Assembly: GCA_002633005.1 (NCBI GenBank)
Contig: NMRA01000455.1
Location: 48,652-112,651, forward strand
Length of the DNA: 64,000 nt
Direction of reading: 5' to 3'
Source: Phoronis australis
Taxonomy: Eukaryota > Animalia > Phoronida
A program made the position numbers and the translations under genes. The notes beneath the pieces were generated by a model. That model saw only the letters and a list, made by a program, of their open reading frames with translations, had not been told where the DNA came from and ran no database searches. Positions 15,001 to 26,824 of the stretch are shown here, piece after piece. Within the stretch, counting starts at the first letter, position 1. Each line of letters begins with the position of its first letter.

Positions 15001-18000
15001 CGTAACCGCAGGGCAGAAAGTGCTTGCCACACACACGGTAATTCTCCAGTGCTTTGTACGTTGCGTGGACGGGTAAGGCTGCGTTTTTCACACGACCTAG
15101 CCAAGTACGGCGAAGTGTGTCATCCATCGGAAAGCGATGTAAAGGTACTCCCAAAGCGCGCGTGAGCCGATAGTTAGTACATTCCGGTACGCAGCAACAG
15201 TGTGGCATGTTGACTGACTAGTAAATGAAAGTAAACGACGACTTAACTTAACACAACCGAGGTAGAACAATGATTGACTCGGCAGCTCTCACAGTCAGAC
15301 TATATGAAAAGAAATTGGCGCGAAATGCTTGCCTCCTAAAACGTCACTTCCGCAGTAGCGGACGAGTAATTAGTAAAATTACGAAAAGCTTTAATTACTG
15401 TAAGTGGAACATATTTCTAGGATAACCAACCAACCTTATTTTAGCTCAAAATGACATTGAAAAGGTTGACTTCGCCTTTAAAGTAGAAATAAATGATTCC
15501 AAGCCTTACGAATTCCTGGATTAAAGCGAAACCAATCAAGATTCCGATTGACGACAAAATTTGGCAACTAGAATGAATTAATACACAAGTTTTGCAGTTT
15601 GGTTGGGACACTGATTTGCCTTGATGATAACTTGAAAACAGAAGTGACGTTAAAACTTCGTGACAACGAAGATGGAAGGAATTTGATCGCGCTCAAGGGG
15701 GGTGTTACAATTTGCTTCGCCTTCGTGGCACGATTCTTAATTTCAACCCAGTTTTAACTCTCATATGCAAGAGCTTTCCGCTGGTGAACCTGCTAGTCAG
15801 CTAAAAGTACACCGGGCACAGCATCGGGTTGCAGCTGACGGGGGGAGGGCACAGGCTTAACTTAGGAACAGTTTTCAAAGTGTTCAAACAATCGCTGCTC
15901 TGGCAACACAGGTTACATTCATTCGAAGAAATGGATGTAAATAACATCAATTTATAACCAAATTTAGAGGTAAGAAGTGGCAAACAAAAACGACGTTTCC
16001 ATATCAATCAAAAGATATATGCAGCTCCAATAGTAAAAATCTAAATATCGTAAAAGAATGTTAGATCAATATGGATACGTCTTTCTCGAACATGTATGTG
16101 TCACCGTTTCCTCAATGGAAACGTTTTGTGGCCAAATGTCAAGAAATTTCACCAAAGAAATCCCGCTATACAAACTGCCACTAGGTGGCCAACACGGGAA
16201 TATTTAAAAACTGACGACTGATTTGATCAGCGTAGAAATATGCTTTGCAAAAAATAATCAATCCATTTTATGAAGTTTATGCGATACAACTGCATAGTTC
16301 CAATAGTAAGACACTGTAAAATTAACGACGGTATGCCTTTTCTATCGTCTCTTGCTTGAAAAGAAACAGAAGGTGTATTTTTTAATTGTTCATTTTATTA
16401 GTCGCACAGCAAACTGATGAAAAATATTTGAAATCACCAGCGTCCTGCAAAGTGGCCCCCATAGACCCTCAAAAACTGCTAAAAATCAAATACACAAAAA
16501 TAGGCAATTTAATTAATTGAATTTTGACATTTCATTGAAGGTTAGCGGATAGAGAGGTTCAATTTCTACCTAAACCTTATAAAGATTGTTGTTTTTCATT
16601 CGTTTAAGCCGTTATAAAACAACTTCACTGACAGAGCCCTTTTGAAAACAAGGGCTATTTTGGACCCTGATGCTCTAATTTAAAAATAGCCCAAAAAGCT
16701 CAAATAATCATTTAGCACTTATGCAAAGAGTATGTATGTACACAATCTTTTTTCAAGATCTGAGTCGGTGACACTAGAGTCGACCTTTTGACGCTCGTGG
16801 AATGACAGTTTCTTCTTCAGCAAATGATGGGGGTGATTTTTTTGTTCACCTTAGGAGCCTGTCCGAAACTATCCAGATTCAACATCAAGCAATACACGTG
16901 GACTGGTTCGAATGGAGCGGCCAACGGTCTTCTTTACGTAAGGAACACTGCAAATGGAGAGCAGCTACACGAGCCCCGGTCTCAAGTGAAAATCAAAGTT
17001 TACTGTTCATGCAAGGGAGTCATGTTACGACATTAGTCGTAAACTCTCAATACACGAGCCCAAGGTTTCGAGTTGTGCATTCGCAGTGGGTGCGCTCTCA
17101 CTTGGTGTAAAACTTCGTACAATAGGGCTTTGCATTACGTTTGAGGGGACCGACCACAAAATGCAGATTTCTCTTGAAATACGGTCAATGGCGGAAACAG
17201 CACCTGACCGTCAACTGATATTAAGATTCAGACCTGACCTTCGCCGGTGGTTTTCTGGAATAAAAATGAACTTGTATTTATTCCATGCTTAACATATGTA
17301 ATATGACATAATAGCAACTTTTAGATAATATGGTCCATATATTTCTAGAACAATGGGGTTGAAAGGTGTTTATTCGCCATGTCTGTTTATTTGGGGAACG
17401 CAGGTGGATTTGTCTGTTTACTCTGTCTTGTCACGCATTCAAGTTGATGGAAGAAACCGTAGGCTCGTGTATTGGCGGTTCAAAGTTTGCTAGGTGGCTA
17501 TAGTAAACACGGTTCTGCTTGTGTGATTGCACTCATTGTCTTGAAATGTTAAACAGAGAAACGATTCTTAATAACCACCACCTAGGCCGACTGTACATAT
17601 CGACTTGCCCGCTTGTCCAACTCGACATTCGCCAGGTTGATGTTAACTCATACATGTGTGTGACGTTTGTGCATTGAGGGTCGCATGATTTTCTAACAAT
17701 TCTTCGGCTAAGATCAATGCGTCACTAACGCCACTTCAATCAGGTCACCCATCTCGCACATTTGACTCTTACATGTAAGTACATGTAGCTGCCATTGGCT
17801 TCCTTCCCAGGTATTCGACAAGTTGAGATTCTTCAGAAATAGTTATTTACAAAGGGAAGATTTGGGTAACATTTTGGTATTCCTGTATATTGCATCTCTG
17901 TGTTCTTTGCTATGCCAAAATACGGTGCTATGTTCAAGACGCACTACTACAGGAGAGTCATCTATTGAGACCCAAACAATGTACCCACATTTTATGAGTT

Positions 18001-21000
18001 GTATTTTGAAAAAATCGCTATCAAACTTTAGAATTAAATGGCTATAATTAGGTAGCATTTCACCCTAACCACAAACAGTAATGTGATTTGATACTATTGA
18101 CCAAAGTATCCGTACATTTTCAGTAGGTGTAAACATTTTCGAGGTCACGTTATCTCAATTAACTGTGAATTTTGGGTACAACAGCTCCTGATTGTTTCCT
18201 GTAGAGGAATGTGAACTCTTCAAAATGCCCTCCTTGGACAGCCGTGTCAAAACATAATAGAAATTGCATGTGTTGGTTCGAGGATACGAAATGCCATTTG
18301 GTAAAGTTGGATTCTTCACGTTACATGTACGTATCTGGGTTTGGCAGGTTTTCAGAGTTTTTGCCGTATGTCACCAGCCGAAAGGGGATAGCATACATTC
18401 TGGATTCAAACCCACTTAATGTCCATTCACGAAGCTCCTTGGAATAGCATGGTTATACAAACGTACAGACTACTCAGAGAAACCACCGCAAACATCAGCA
18501 ACTTGCATCTTTAGAGATTAATGTAGCTTAGATCGCTCCCTGAAATTATTCTTGCAGCAAAACGGCGGACACTTATAGCAAATTTAAGTTCCCAAACAAC
18601 GGCTACATTATTACTATTATTATTGTTATTGTTGTCGTCGTGGTTGTTGTTGTTGTTGTTGTTGTTGTTATGATTTTTCATAAGTTGGTAGTAACGTGAA
18701 CCACTAACACCATTTTTTTGTTTCAGTTGCCTTAGCAGTGATTTATTAAGAAAAAATTAAGAAGCAAACGTTTGGGTTACATTTTGAAGTAACCGTAACC
18801 CTCTATTTGGAAATTTCGTTGCGGTGTTTTCTGCCTCACTAAGTCTTCGCTGTATTTCAGACATACAACTACTTTAAAAGAGCTTCCGATAGTGCCATTC
18901 GCGTTCTGTTTCAATCCAACATCTACATGAACCACCAAGGCGCTCTACGCTACTCTATTCGATTTGACGGCCACGATTGTACAAGCCCTGGTGTCATAGA
19001 TGGTATTTTTGGCCGTTTGAGTGGATCACTTGATGATCGATCCCATGATGGGACCGGTGGAGGTATGTGGATACATGTAGATCCCGTACAATTCTCAAAT
19101 ACTTTTTCGAATTGGTGTTGGGACGCCTATACGTCAAGACGAGGACATCAGCAACCGGTTGCGCGAAACTGACCCAAATAGGGATCCTTCTAAGTTCCGT
19201 AAATTTTATGCGTGTTTATGGGCCCATTCCCTTCTTTTATACTGTTTGAGTCTCATTACTAAGTCAATTTTTGGCTTTGATACAAATCGAGAACGATCTC
19301 TAGGTTTATTTCGCAATATAATTGAAAATATGTAGGGATCTTTCCATACAACGTCGATATTTTATGAACTTAGTCCCTAATTGTTTGGACTGAATTTAGG
19401 GCGCAGTTTTTAGTTATATTATTAGAAAATGATAAATATAAAGTAATAGCAAAATATTATATGTACCCCGGTGCCTAAATAAAGAAAAAGATAAACCCTG
19501 TACGTGTACGCAGTAGGTTTAGGAATTTGATTCCGTAATTGGGGCTGTTCCACGCAACCTGCCACAGGAGACCACCTGACTGTTCCTAAAATTTGGGAGT
19601 ATTGTAACATCTTAACCAAAGCAAAGTAAGATAAATTTATAAAATTAAATTATCTTCTGTTGCGATGCATTCAACGTCCAATAGAATGTCGCTTTGATAA
19701 CATTGCCTTGTTTTGATTTTAGTGTAGATATGCTGTAATTTAAATCCCGAAGTCGGTCCTAAAAAGGGAATTGCATAAAATGATTACATAGATAACAACG
19801 CGTAGAACACAAAATCCTCGTCTACCGTAAAAGCATTTAAAGAGATGAAAATCTACCACGGTTTAATTCCTTCGTCTGTATTTTAAAAGACGTTTCAAGT
19901 CCGGCAGCGTGTGACAATATCAGTTGCTTCTCACTGCAACGAAATGACATGTGCTTTGTTCTGATTAAAAGAAAAGACGCAGTGCTTTCATTAAACATCA
20001 ACTATGATATATGGATAATTTTGTAGCCAATAGTGCTAAAAGCAAATCCATAGAAATGCACTTGCGTCCAACTTTTTCGGCAATGTGCCCATGGAAATAG
20101 GCAACGCGTACAACTGTAGCATCTCGGCTGGCTGGATATGGGATACACCAGTGTAGCAATAATTCTCACCTTCTCTAGTAAGCTCGTCCCGTGTGTTTCA
20201 AAACGATCGGTAGCCCAAATCCTGCCTGCCAACGAATAAGTGGTTTTCACCACGTCAAAATACAGTTTACTCTACTGTTCTTTGAAAATCGCTTACTTTC
20301 TTCAGCAGTCCCTTCTGGTTTCATACACATCTTCTACGAATCATGTCTACTGGAATTAGGATGACTTTGTTGAAAGATGCCGACTCCACTCTATTGGTCG
20401 CCGTTACGTTATTCATCGCGCGCGATAACCACAAATACTTTTGACTTCACCCGAGTTAGGCCACAACAAACGCGAGATTTGGCGGCTAAGACTTGCAAAG
20501 ATAGCACGTTAAGTACACATGCAAGAACTGTGTCGCTTGGACCTCTTCTTCTAGAAGTGGTGTCATTTCGTGTAGCTACCTCAAAGTGATACCCCTCAAC
20601 AGATTTCCATTGTGTCTACTAAATTGTCCCCAGAGTGCTGGTACGTGTCAATTATAACTCAATTCAAATATATGCATGCTTAATGCGATGTTATCTCCTG
20701 CCTTTTTGACGAGTTTCGCTATCTCCTGTGCACACCTGCGGTGCCCATAGGCGATGTAACTGCCTACGATAGTCAGTTGTGTGGCAACGTGATGTCCGAT
20801 TTATAAGTTCACTGAGGGTTTCCTATCCGTGTTCTTTAAAGATCACTCAGAACATAAAATAGCTGCGGTGCCAAGATTGAGTAAGATAACAATTAGTCAA
20901 AGGTACCTTTTACTCCAGTAAAGAATTCACAACAGTCAGTAATATTATCAATGGCATGTGGTGGGAAATGTGCCAAAACGTTTGATAGTTCAGGCGCATG

Positions 21001-24000
21001 ACAGCAAGGTTAAAGTGACAGTGCTCCGACATTCTGCATTTCCTCCCAAATTTGTAGATTAAACCAAACACTGGGAAGGCATACGACTGGTAGTCTCGCA
21101 CTAGTCCAATTACATTGTAACCTCCTATGTGGTTAGTCAGGACCCTAGTGAAGGGTTATTTAAAGTTTAAGAGACCTGGTATGTGAGATGCTCCATAAGA
21201 GCGAGTTTTTGAACACCAAACAGGCAAATCACTTCTAGCCAAATTAGTGGTTTTGTTTGCTTCTCACAGTTGAGGGCTTGTGCGACAACATCGCTGCAGG
21301 ACGGAGATCCATTGAGATTCACATTGCCAGAACGACGGGTTCCATGCACAGCTCGACTGGCTGGAACTCCAGAAGCAAAATTATCGTGGAAGAGATTCGC
21401 TACGACCTTGACATTAGTGCAGGTAATGCCGTTAAAACGATATGTAGCATTTTAATTCGGAAATGACGCTCTTAAATATGTACTTTGTTCTTATTTTGAC
21501 TTTTATATGCAAGTCTATCACAGGCACCACAATGTTGTTCAGTTGTGTGTTTACAATGAGAGAAATTGTTGCTGTCTAATTTGAGCGCCTTTTGTGCTGT
21601 ACATGTACGTAGACTTTTGAATTCTGTTGGAATTTAATAAAATGATTCGCTAGGCACCGATAGTTTTTGCACAGGTTGTTAGAGAATGTCTAGTATACGG
21701 TATTTTATTTGTCAACAGTCGTGACAAGCGACGGTAGCAGCCAGCGATTGCCCGAGTACAACTTTCACCAATGGAGTTGGTGGGCGTTGAATGACGGAAC
21801 AGACAACGGGCCTATCGGACAAGCTGTGAGTAACTGGTTTTGTCGTAACGGGTCGGCATGCACCTAATTTTTGAGGCTCGTGGAATGTACTTAACGACTT
21901 TAACTCTTTGTTAGATAGCAATTTGTCCCAGTCTACCGAGTGGCTGACTTATTGTAACTCGTATTGGACATTTGTTAAAACATTTGAGCATAGATTTTTG
22001 TTGTACAGGAAACTGCGCAAACCTTTACTTTGAACTACGGAACTTGTGAGATCTTCACAATTTGCTAGACGTCGTGTTTGAATGATTAGTCTCAAAAAAA
22101 CCCTTTGGATTGTGCTGGTTTGCAAAATAAAAATATCTTCCAAAAACAATTTCAATGTGGTTAGCTAAAGGCCCGGGAGCCAAGGGCCACAGCAACGCGG
22201 TTAAAACTACACTAAACAGCCTATTAACAGATATTATCAACGACATCCTCATTCATCTATATAATACAAAATAATACCTTGCTGTATAGTCAGTAGACCT
22301 TTGGCTGCAGGAGCTTTTGTTTCCTGGGTATTTTAATGTGTTCCACTTTATTAACTTTTCAAATGTAAAAGCTCCCACGTTAAATTTGGACGTTTCCTGT
22401 AAATTGTTAGAGAAGTTGAGAAAGTGGTGAAATTCGGAGATGGTGTACAGTGCCTTATAAATGATCAAGAGATTGTCTCAGATACTTTAACAGACAGTGC
22501 CTTATTATTGATCAAGAGATTGTGTCAGATACTTTAACAGACAAATTTAGATGTTATTTGTCAAGTTAAACAAACATCTCAAGGAAGCAAAATAGGTAAA
22601 CTAGTTACCCGCTTTAGCGGTATTAAATTTGCCTGTGAGTGTGCGTACCAAGGGCTTATTAGAAACTTTTCTAATGAATAAATAAGATATGTTTTATTTA
22701 TTGACACAGGTCAAAATAAATTGACAGGTGAATACACTCTGTATACCCACGGAATTTTCTGTTACAGTAGATTACTCACTGATTTTTATCCCCGTCAATA
22801 TTTGAAGCCAGCAAATTTTGAAAATGACCAAGGCAGCATATCTGTTATATGTAGCTTGTTAGATCCCCTTTAGGCTTGATTTTCTACAACTGTGGGGAAA
22901 GCCTACCCACAAAGAAAGCAAGCCTCTCTTTGACGCAGTAAGTATGCGTTATAGTTGAAAATTGTTGATCAATGCCATTGGTACATTAGCAGATAGGCAG
23001 AACGAAGATTTAGATTCCTTTAAATGCTTCAACGTTCCCAACAAAAAGAAAATATACATGTATATATACACATATTTGGGTGCGCGCGTGTGTGTGTGTG
23101 TGTGTGTGTGTAATCCATGAAATCTCTATCACAATCTACCGGGTAGCTCTGAATGAGATGTTTAGGTGGCGTGCTGCAACGCAAAATCCATTTCGTTCCA
23201 TCATTGGAACTGCTGTTTTGAATCTGAAATTCTGTGAATGACCTACACGTGTGCCAACTTCCAAACTGTGGTAAAGCGTTTTCCTTATTACATGAGCGGC
23301 GCACCATAGGGGGCTGGGGGGCATAGCCCCCCACTTTTTTCAGTGCTACACCGCATGTGGTCTATAGGCGGTACACCACAGGGGGCTGAGGGATTTACCC
23401 CCCACTTTTTCAGTGCTGTGCCACCCATGTGTTATTCAGTGTGATGTTCTTGAAAATTTAATGTCGTCCGCAGTTGGTCACATACACCAAAAAGTCATCA
23501 CAGAGTATGCTTGCGGTACACTTCAATGGAGACCTACGGCAATACAGGTCATCCTACCACGCACCCGGATGTTCCCGATGGTTCCTGACCTTTAACGGAG
23601 ACGAATGTTCAACACCTGGACCAATTTCTACTCTAGTCTACCAAAGACTCATCTACAGGAAGGATCATGTTGGCGATGATCACCATCATACTTCACTCTG
23701 TAAGTGTTTTCTCGAAAACGAACATTTCACTGTTGTTAATCACGCGATCGTACATGTACATTGTACCTGCAATACGCGTGTCAACGACAATCATTTCTGA
23801 CGGGCTTAGGTCAAATTAAACGAGTCGTGACAATATTGCACGTAGCCTAAGACTTTGTGGACAGACTAAGCAGAAATAAAAGTTGCCATTACATATTCAT
23901 GAGTATTCAATAACGATATTTCCTACGTTTTGTTGTTAACTCAGCAAATGTATTAACATTACAGTTATTACAAGAACTCTGTCATAGACACCTTGCAGAA

Positions 24001-25552
24001 AACCTTAATTCCAGTTGCTTGAACATGGATAGCATCGATTACTCGAAATTATCTTGCTGTTCCTACTCTAAATAATTACGGTGTTTCACGTACCTACTGG
24101 GCTAGTGCCAAACTCAGGCATGTGTTCCCTAGACGCGAGAAGGTCAGAAAGATAGGTTCACGCCAATTTTTACAAAATTGATTCAGCGAAAGTGAGAGCT
24201 TCGTTCGGTAACTGGTCGGTGAAACTGGAATGTTTAACTGTTGCTTAGAGCTCACTGTTCCCGTTCCATATGCAAACATTTCTCGCTGTGAGTGCTTTGC
24301 AATGCCTCGGCTATTAACGGCTCTGGCTGCCGCAGCCGTGCAAACCGGGCAAATAGTACATCCCCATAAAAAGTTACGAATTTCAAAATACAGAAAACAA
24401 AATCAATTGAAGCATGCATAAATGCGCATAGAGTTATAATTAACAAATACCACAAGTCTGGAGACGATTCAGTCAAGATTATTTGAACAAAACGATAAGA
24501 ATGTATGTCGCGGTTTGCTCGAGTTTCTCTTACTGAGTGCCATTTTGAGGCACTTACGCAAATTAATCACGCATGTTTAGAAATAAAAAGTCCATCGGAA
24601 ACAAATCTTACAAATTCCACCTGATACCTTCTCATGCTACTTTGCAAGTGTTGCACGCCAGCGTCACACGCTTTGCTCAGTCTCGCACTAGCCTTTGCCT
24701 AACTCACGCGGCCCAATTGAAATACTTTGTGGTTATCGCGCCCGTGGTGATAAAGTAAACGATGACCAAAAAGTGGACTTGAAATTCTTCGCCAAAGTTA
24801 CCTTAATTGTCGTAGCTATACTTCATCGAAGATATGTGTAGAAGTAGAAAGGAACACTGAAGAAAGTAAGCGCTTTTAAGTCATAGTTTTATGTTTAGAA
24901 TGTATTTTTGACGAGGTGAAAAATCTCAATCGGTGACCTGATTTGGCCTCCCTCCCGCTTAAAACACACGGGACGAAATTCGTACAGAAATATCGTAGCC
25001 TCTAACCGGCCAATCGAGGGGCTAAAAATGTACGTGCTGCCTATGCAGTGTCTTGGTCAACTGAATGTAGCTCGGGGATTTGGGTAGGAGATTACACTTG
25101 TGATTACTGCCTCATTATAGCTAGGATACGCCGTAAAATGCAACTCTGTTGGTAAAATGTAGCAACTGTTACAATTTACGTTGCTAAGCCTCTCCTAATA
25201 TGAAATTAAATCAGTTTTGACCACAGTAATATCAAGAGGACGATCGTCGGGTTTTTAATCCTAAAATGTAACTACTTATTACATTTTACGAAATTGTTAC
25301 ATTTTACAGCGTATCATAGCTATCCTTCCATGGCAAACTGCACCCGGATGCTTTTATAAAAGTGACCATTTTCATAAGAGTACGCTCTAAATTCCTCCAA
25401 TTGTAGTTGGTGGATTCTGCGAACTTCCAGCAGGGAACTACAGCATTAAACTGCACGTACAGACGTGTCCTGGACAAAGCTACAACGACGCCTTCACCGG
25501 TTGGGATTCGAGTAGTCGTCTGATGGCCAGCGAAGTATTCCCTGTCGACTAG
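2956..25552 (+). CDS. Gene A (5'-partial): CTHRC1-C / FN2 / CTHRC1-C / CTHRC1-C protein; join(2956..3050,7384..7582,7773..7931,13266..13433,16855..16937,18861..19062,21270..21422,21719..21825,23474..23699,25407..25552)
   Basis: All ten exons have AG/GT boundaries, compatible phases and an open frame to TAG at 25550-25552. Each has exactly the length of its gene B counterpart (95,199,159,168,83,202,153,107,226,146). Exons 1-2 were not found in 1-2955. Confidence 0.9.
3237..6780. mobile_element. Composite of decayed Kolobok-like (TTAA) elements in gene A intron 3
   Basis: Left end agacggggtaaaatgag at 3237 matches the reverse complement of the end at 6765-6780 (followed by TTAA). A second, related right end stops at 4605 followed by TTAA. 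THAP stub on - strand (4117-4347) and an acidic MFEP-containing KolX-like stub on + (about 4956-5140). Confidence 0.55.
4117..4347 (-). pseudogene. THAP zinc-finger fragment of a DNA transposon
   Basis: CVVFGCSN...LHGIPSD...RAWDKF...VCSQHF is the C2CH THAP signature; truncated after the His. Confidence 0.8.
7384..7582 (+). CDS. Gene A exon 4 (CTHRC1-C repeat 1 core)
   Basis: KTFNKQYSFTSLRVRFRG..CGGCCNRWYFTFNDQECSSPGKIE resembles CTHRC1 CTFTK..[34 protein letters not shown]. Confidence 0.9.
7773..7931 (+). CDS. Gene A exon 5 (CTHRC1-C repeat 1 end)
   Basis: VDGICDLPISGDIVVKFRVGHCSGY..DAQTGW..MTVEE resembles the CTHRC1 last exon VEGLC..VGTCSDY..DASTGW..IIIEE. Confidence 0.9.
8016..9866 (+). 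mobile_element. Non-autonomous Helentron/DINE-1-like rolling-circle element, apparently two head-to-tail units
   Basis: 5' actctgcgcgtg (8021, head triplicated) is inverted to cacgcgcagagt (9186, 9819). Perfect 11-bp hairpin attattgtcac-gcc-gtgacaataat (9833-9857) followed by CTAG (9862-9865). Internal direct repeat with a period of about 440 bp. Confidence 0.65.
13266..13433 (+). CDS. Gene A exon 6 (fibronectin type II domain)
   Basis: TYDGNAGGSSCMFPFVYKGLSYSTCIDVDHNQPWCATTSNYDIDQRWGNCP; canonical 4-Cys FN2 motif, phase 1-1. Confidence 0.92.
14124..14519 (+). pseudogene. Truncated KolX-like (P2X7 ballast/Nanor-related) Cys-rich ORF
   Basis: Acidic N-terminus, YMFEPEY, WCKCTVCVVMPT(CT)SMECLCC; homology ends near 14435 at the deletion junction. 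Confidence 0.75.
14582..15208 (-). pseudogene. Truncated THAP-domain transposase ORF
   Basis: MPHCCCVPECTN..LHRFP..W..VCGKHF..LKKDAIPS is THAP with an AVPT-like box. A 14-nt deletion relative to copy 2 truncates it; no DDE domain is present. Confidence 0.85.
16855..16937 (+). CDS. Gene A exon 7 (start of CTHRC1-C repeat 2)
   Basis: GACPKLSRFNIKQYTWTGSNGAANGLLY|gtaagg; paralogous to 39834-39916. Confidence 0.88.
18861..19062 (+). CDS. Gene A exon 8 (CTHRC1-C repeat 2 core)
   Basis: TYNYFKRASDSAIRVLFQSNIYM..RYSIRFDGHDCTSPGVIDGI..DGTGG. Confidence 0.88.
21270..21422 (+). CDS. Gene A exon 9 (CTHRC1-C repeat 2 end)
   Basis: VEGLCDNIAAGRRSIEIHI..STGWNSRSKIIVEEI. Confidence 0.9.
21719..21825 (+). 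CDS. Gene A exon 10 (start of CTHRC1-C repeat 3)
   Basis: VVTSDGSSQRLPEYNFHQWSWWALNDGTDNGPIGQA|gtgagt; paralogous to 42938-43044. Confidence 0.88.
23291..23429. mobile_element. Short GC-rich MITE-like element with internal duplication; related copy at about 29117-29231
   Basis: Inverted ends catg(a/g)gcggcgca ... tg(c/t)gcc(g/a)cccatg and a shared ggggctggggg..tagcccccac core. Confidence 0.55.
23474..23699 (+). CDS. Gene A exon 11 (CTHRC1-C repeat 3 core)
   Basis: VTYTKKSSQSMLAVHFNGDLR..PGCSRWFLTFNGDECSTPGPI. Confidence 0.9.
25117..25323. mobile_element. MITE-like foldback in the last intron of gene A
   Basis: atagctaggatacgccgtaaaatgcaac is inverted to gttacattttacagcgtatcatagctat. Confidence 0.55.
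25407..25552 (+). CDS. Gene A exon 12 (CTHRC1-C repeat 3 end, stop)
   Basis: FGGFCELPAGNYSIKLHVQTCPGQSYNDAFTGWDSSSRLMASEVFPVD*. Confidence 0.9.
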
Positions 25553-26418
25553 GGCACGTGCGGTGACGCACTGTTTGAGAATGTAAATGCAGGAACTGTA
25601 CTGCTAATAGTTTTCCTTTTGTGAAAGCTTTGCGGTGTATGACGCCATGGGTCGATCTACTGCTAAGTTCATTGGTAAACTTTACGCAGGTTTTCGCCAT
25701 TTTTGTTGTGTTCCCGAACGGAATTTGATGGTATTTGTATACATGTAAGTATATTGCGAGAAACGAGTTATAGAAAACTTCAGTTCTCGTTCTGTAACGT
25801 GAGACTTACGCGAATTAAAGTTAGTGGGGTCGAGTGGTTTGCTGAAAGTCGATATTTCTCGAAAACTTGCGTGACCTCACGAACTTGCAATGAATTCATT
25901 TTACGGAAGACGTTATGCTTAATCCACAGCGCACTTTACGTTATGCATGTGTGATACTTGCGTATTTTCTATGTTCTATGTTCTTTTTGTGTTGATGTGT
26001 TTTGCTTTATTACGAATAAGAAAATTTTGTTTGGCGGGTGATTATTTAAAGGCCTGACTGTGGCCTGATGTGCTAACCACTGCACCATGAGGGATGTCAA
26101 TCTGTATGTGTTCTATGGTATTACATGTGTATGTTACCTTCTTTGTCTCTTCACTTATTCATTGAGACGGTAGTTGTTTTGAGAGAACCAACAGTGGCGG
26201 ATCTAGGATATCACACGGGGGCCCAACATTTTTTCTGTAAGCATTTTCGCAAACCACGATTGTAGCTGTGCATAGCACGGGAAGGGGGTTTGCCCCCCTC
26301 CAGCTCAGGAAATTTTGCTGTTTTTTCATCTAAAAATCAAGCACTTTCCTTGATTCCTGAAGTATTATCCAAGAAAAAAGGCAAAAAAGGAGAACGTGTC
26401 AAACAGGAAAAACAGCAA

Positions 26419-26485
26419 GTAGCACAGACTCGAACTCACGACCCGGAGAATAGAGCGCGCGTGCTTTGCAACTACACCACCGCGA
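26419..26485 (-). repeat. tRNA-derived (SINE-head-like) sequence
   Basis: Minus strand tcgcggTGGTGTAGTTGcaaagc...gtgaGTTCGAGTCtgtgc has A and B boxes; the cloverleaf does not pair properly. Confidence 0.45.
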
Positions 26486-26824
26486 TTTAAAGGCGAAGGC
26501 AACCTTTTTACATGTCATTTTGAGCTAAAATAAGGTTGGTAGGTTATCCTAGACATATTTTCCACTTAATTACAGCTTTTCGTAATTTTATAAATTACTC
26601 GTCCGCTACTCCGGAAGTGACGTTTTAGGAGGCAAGCGTTTCCCGCCACTTGGTTTTGCGTTGACTTTACCGTGCGAATCTGTTCTATTTTACTTTTGTT
26701 TTGTGCTGTTTTTCAGCAATTGTTGCCACCACTTGCTATCGGCGAGTATTCTGCGGCAAGATAGCTTAGTAGAGAACTCAACTACGTTGGATTTAGGGAT
26801 TGTTTAGTGTGTTGTAAACTGAAA

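Larger units (their letters stand above)
13790..15477. mobile_element. Internally deleted Kolobok-like DNA transposon, copy 1 (gene A intron 6)
   Basis: TTAA duplication at 13786-13789 and 15478-15481. TIRs of about 160 bp start AGGCGAAG. Convergent KolX-like (+) and THAP-transposase (-) 5' stubs; near-identical copy at 26491-28182. Confidence 0.88.
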
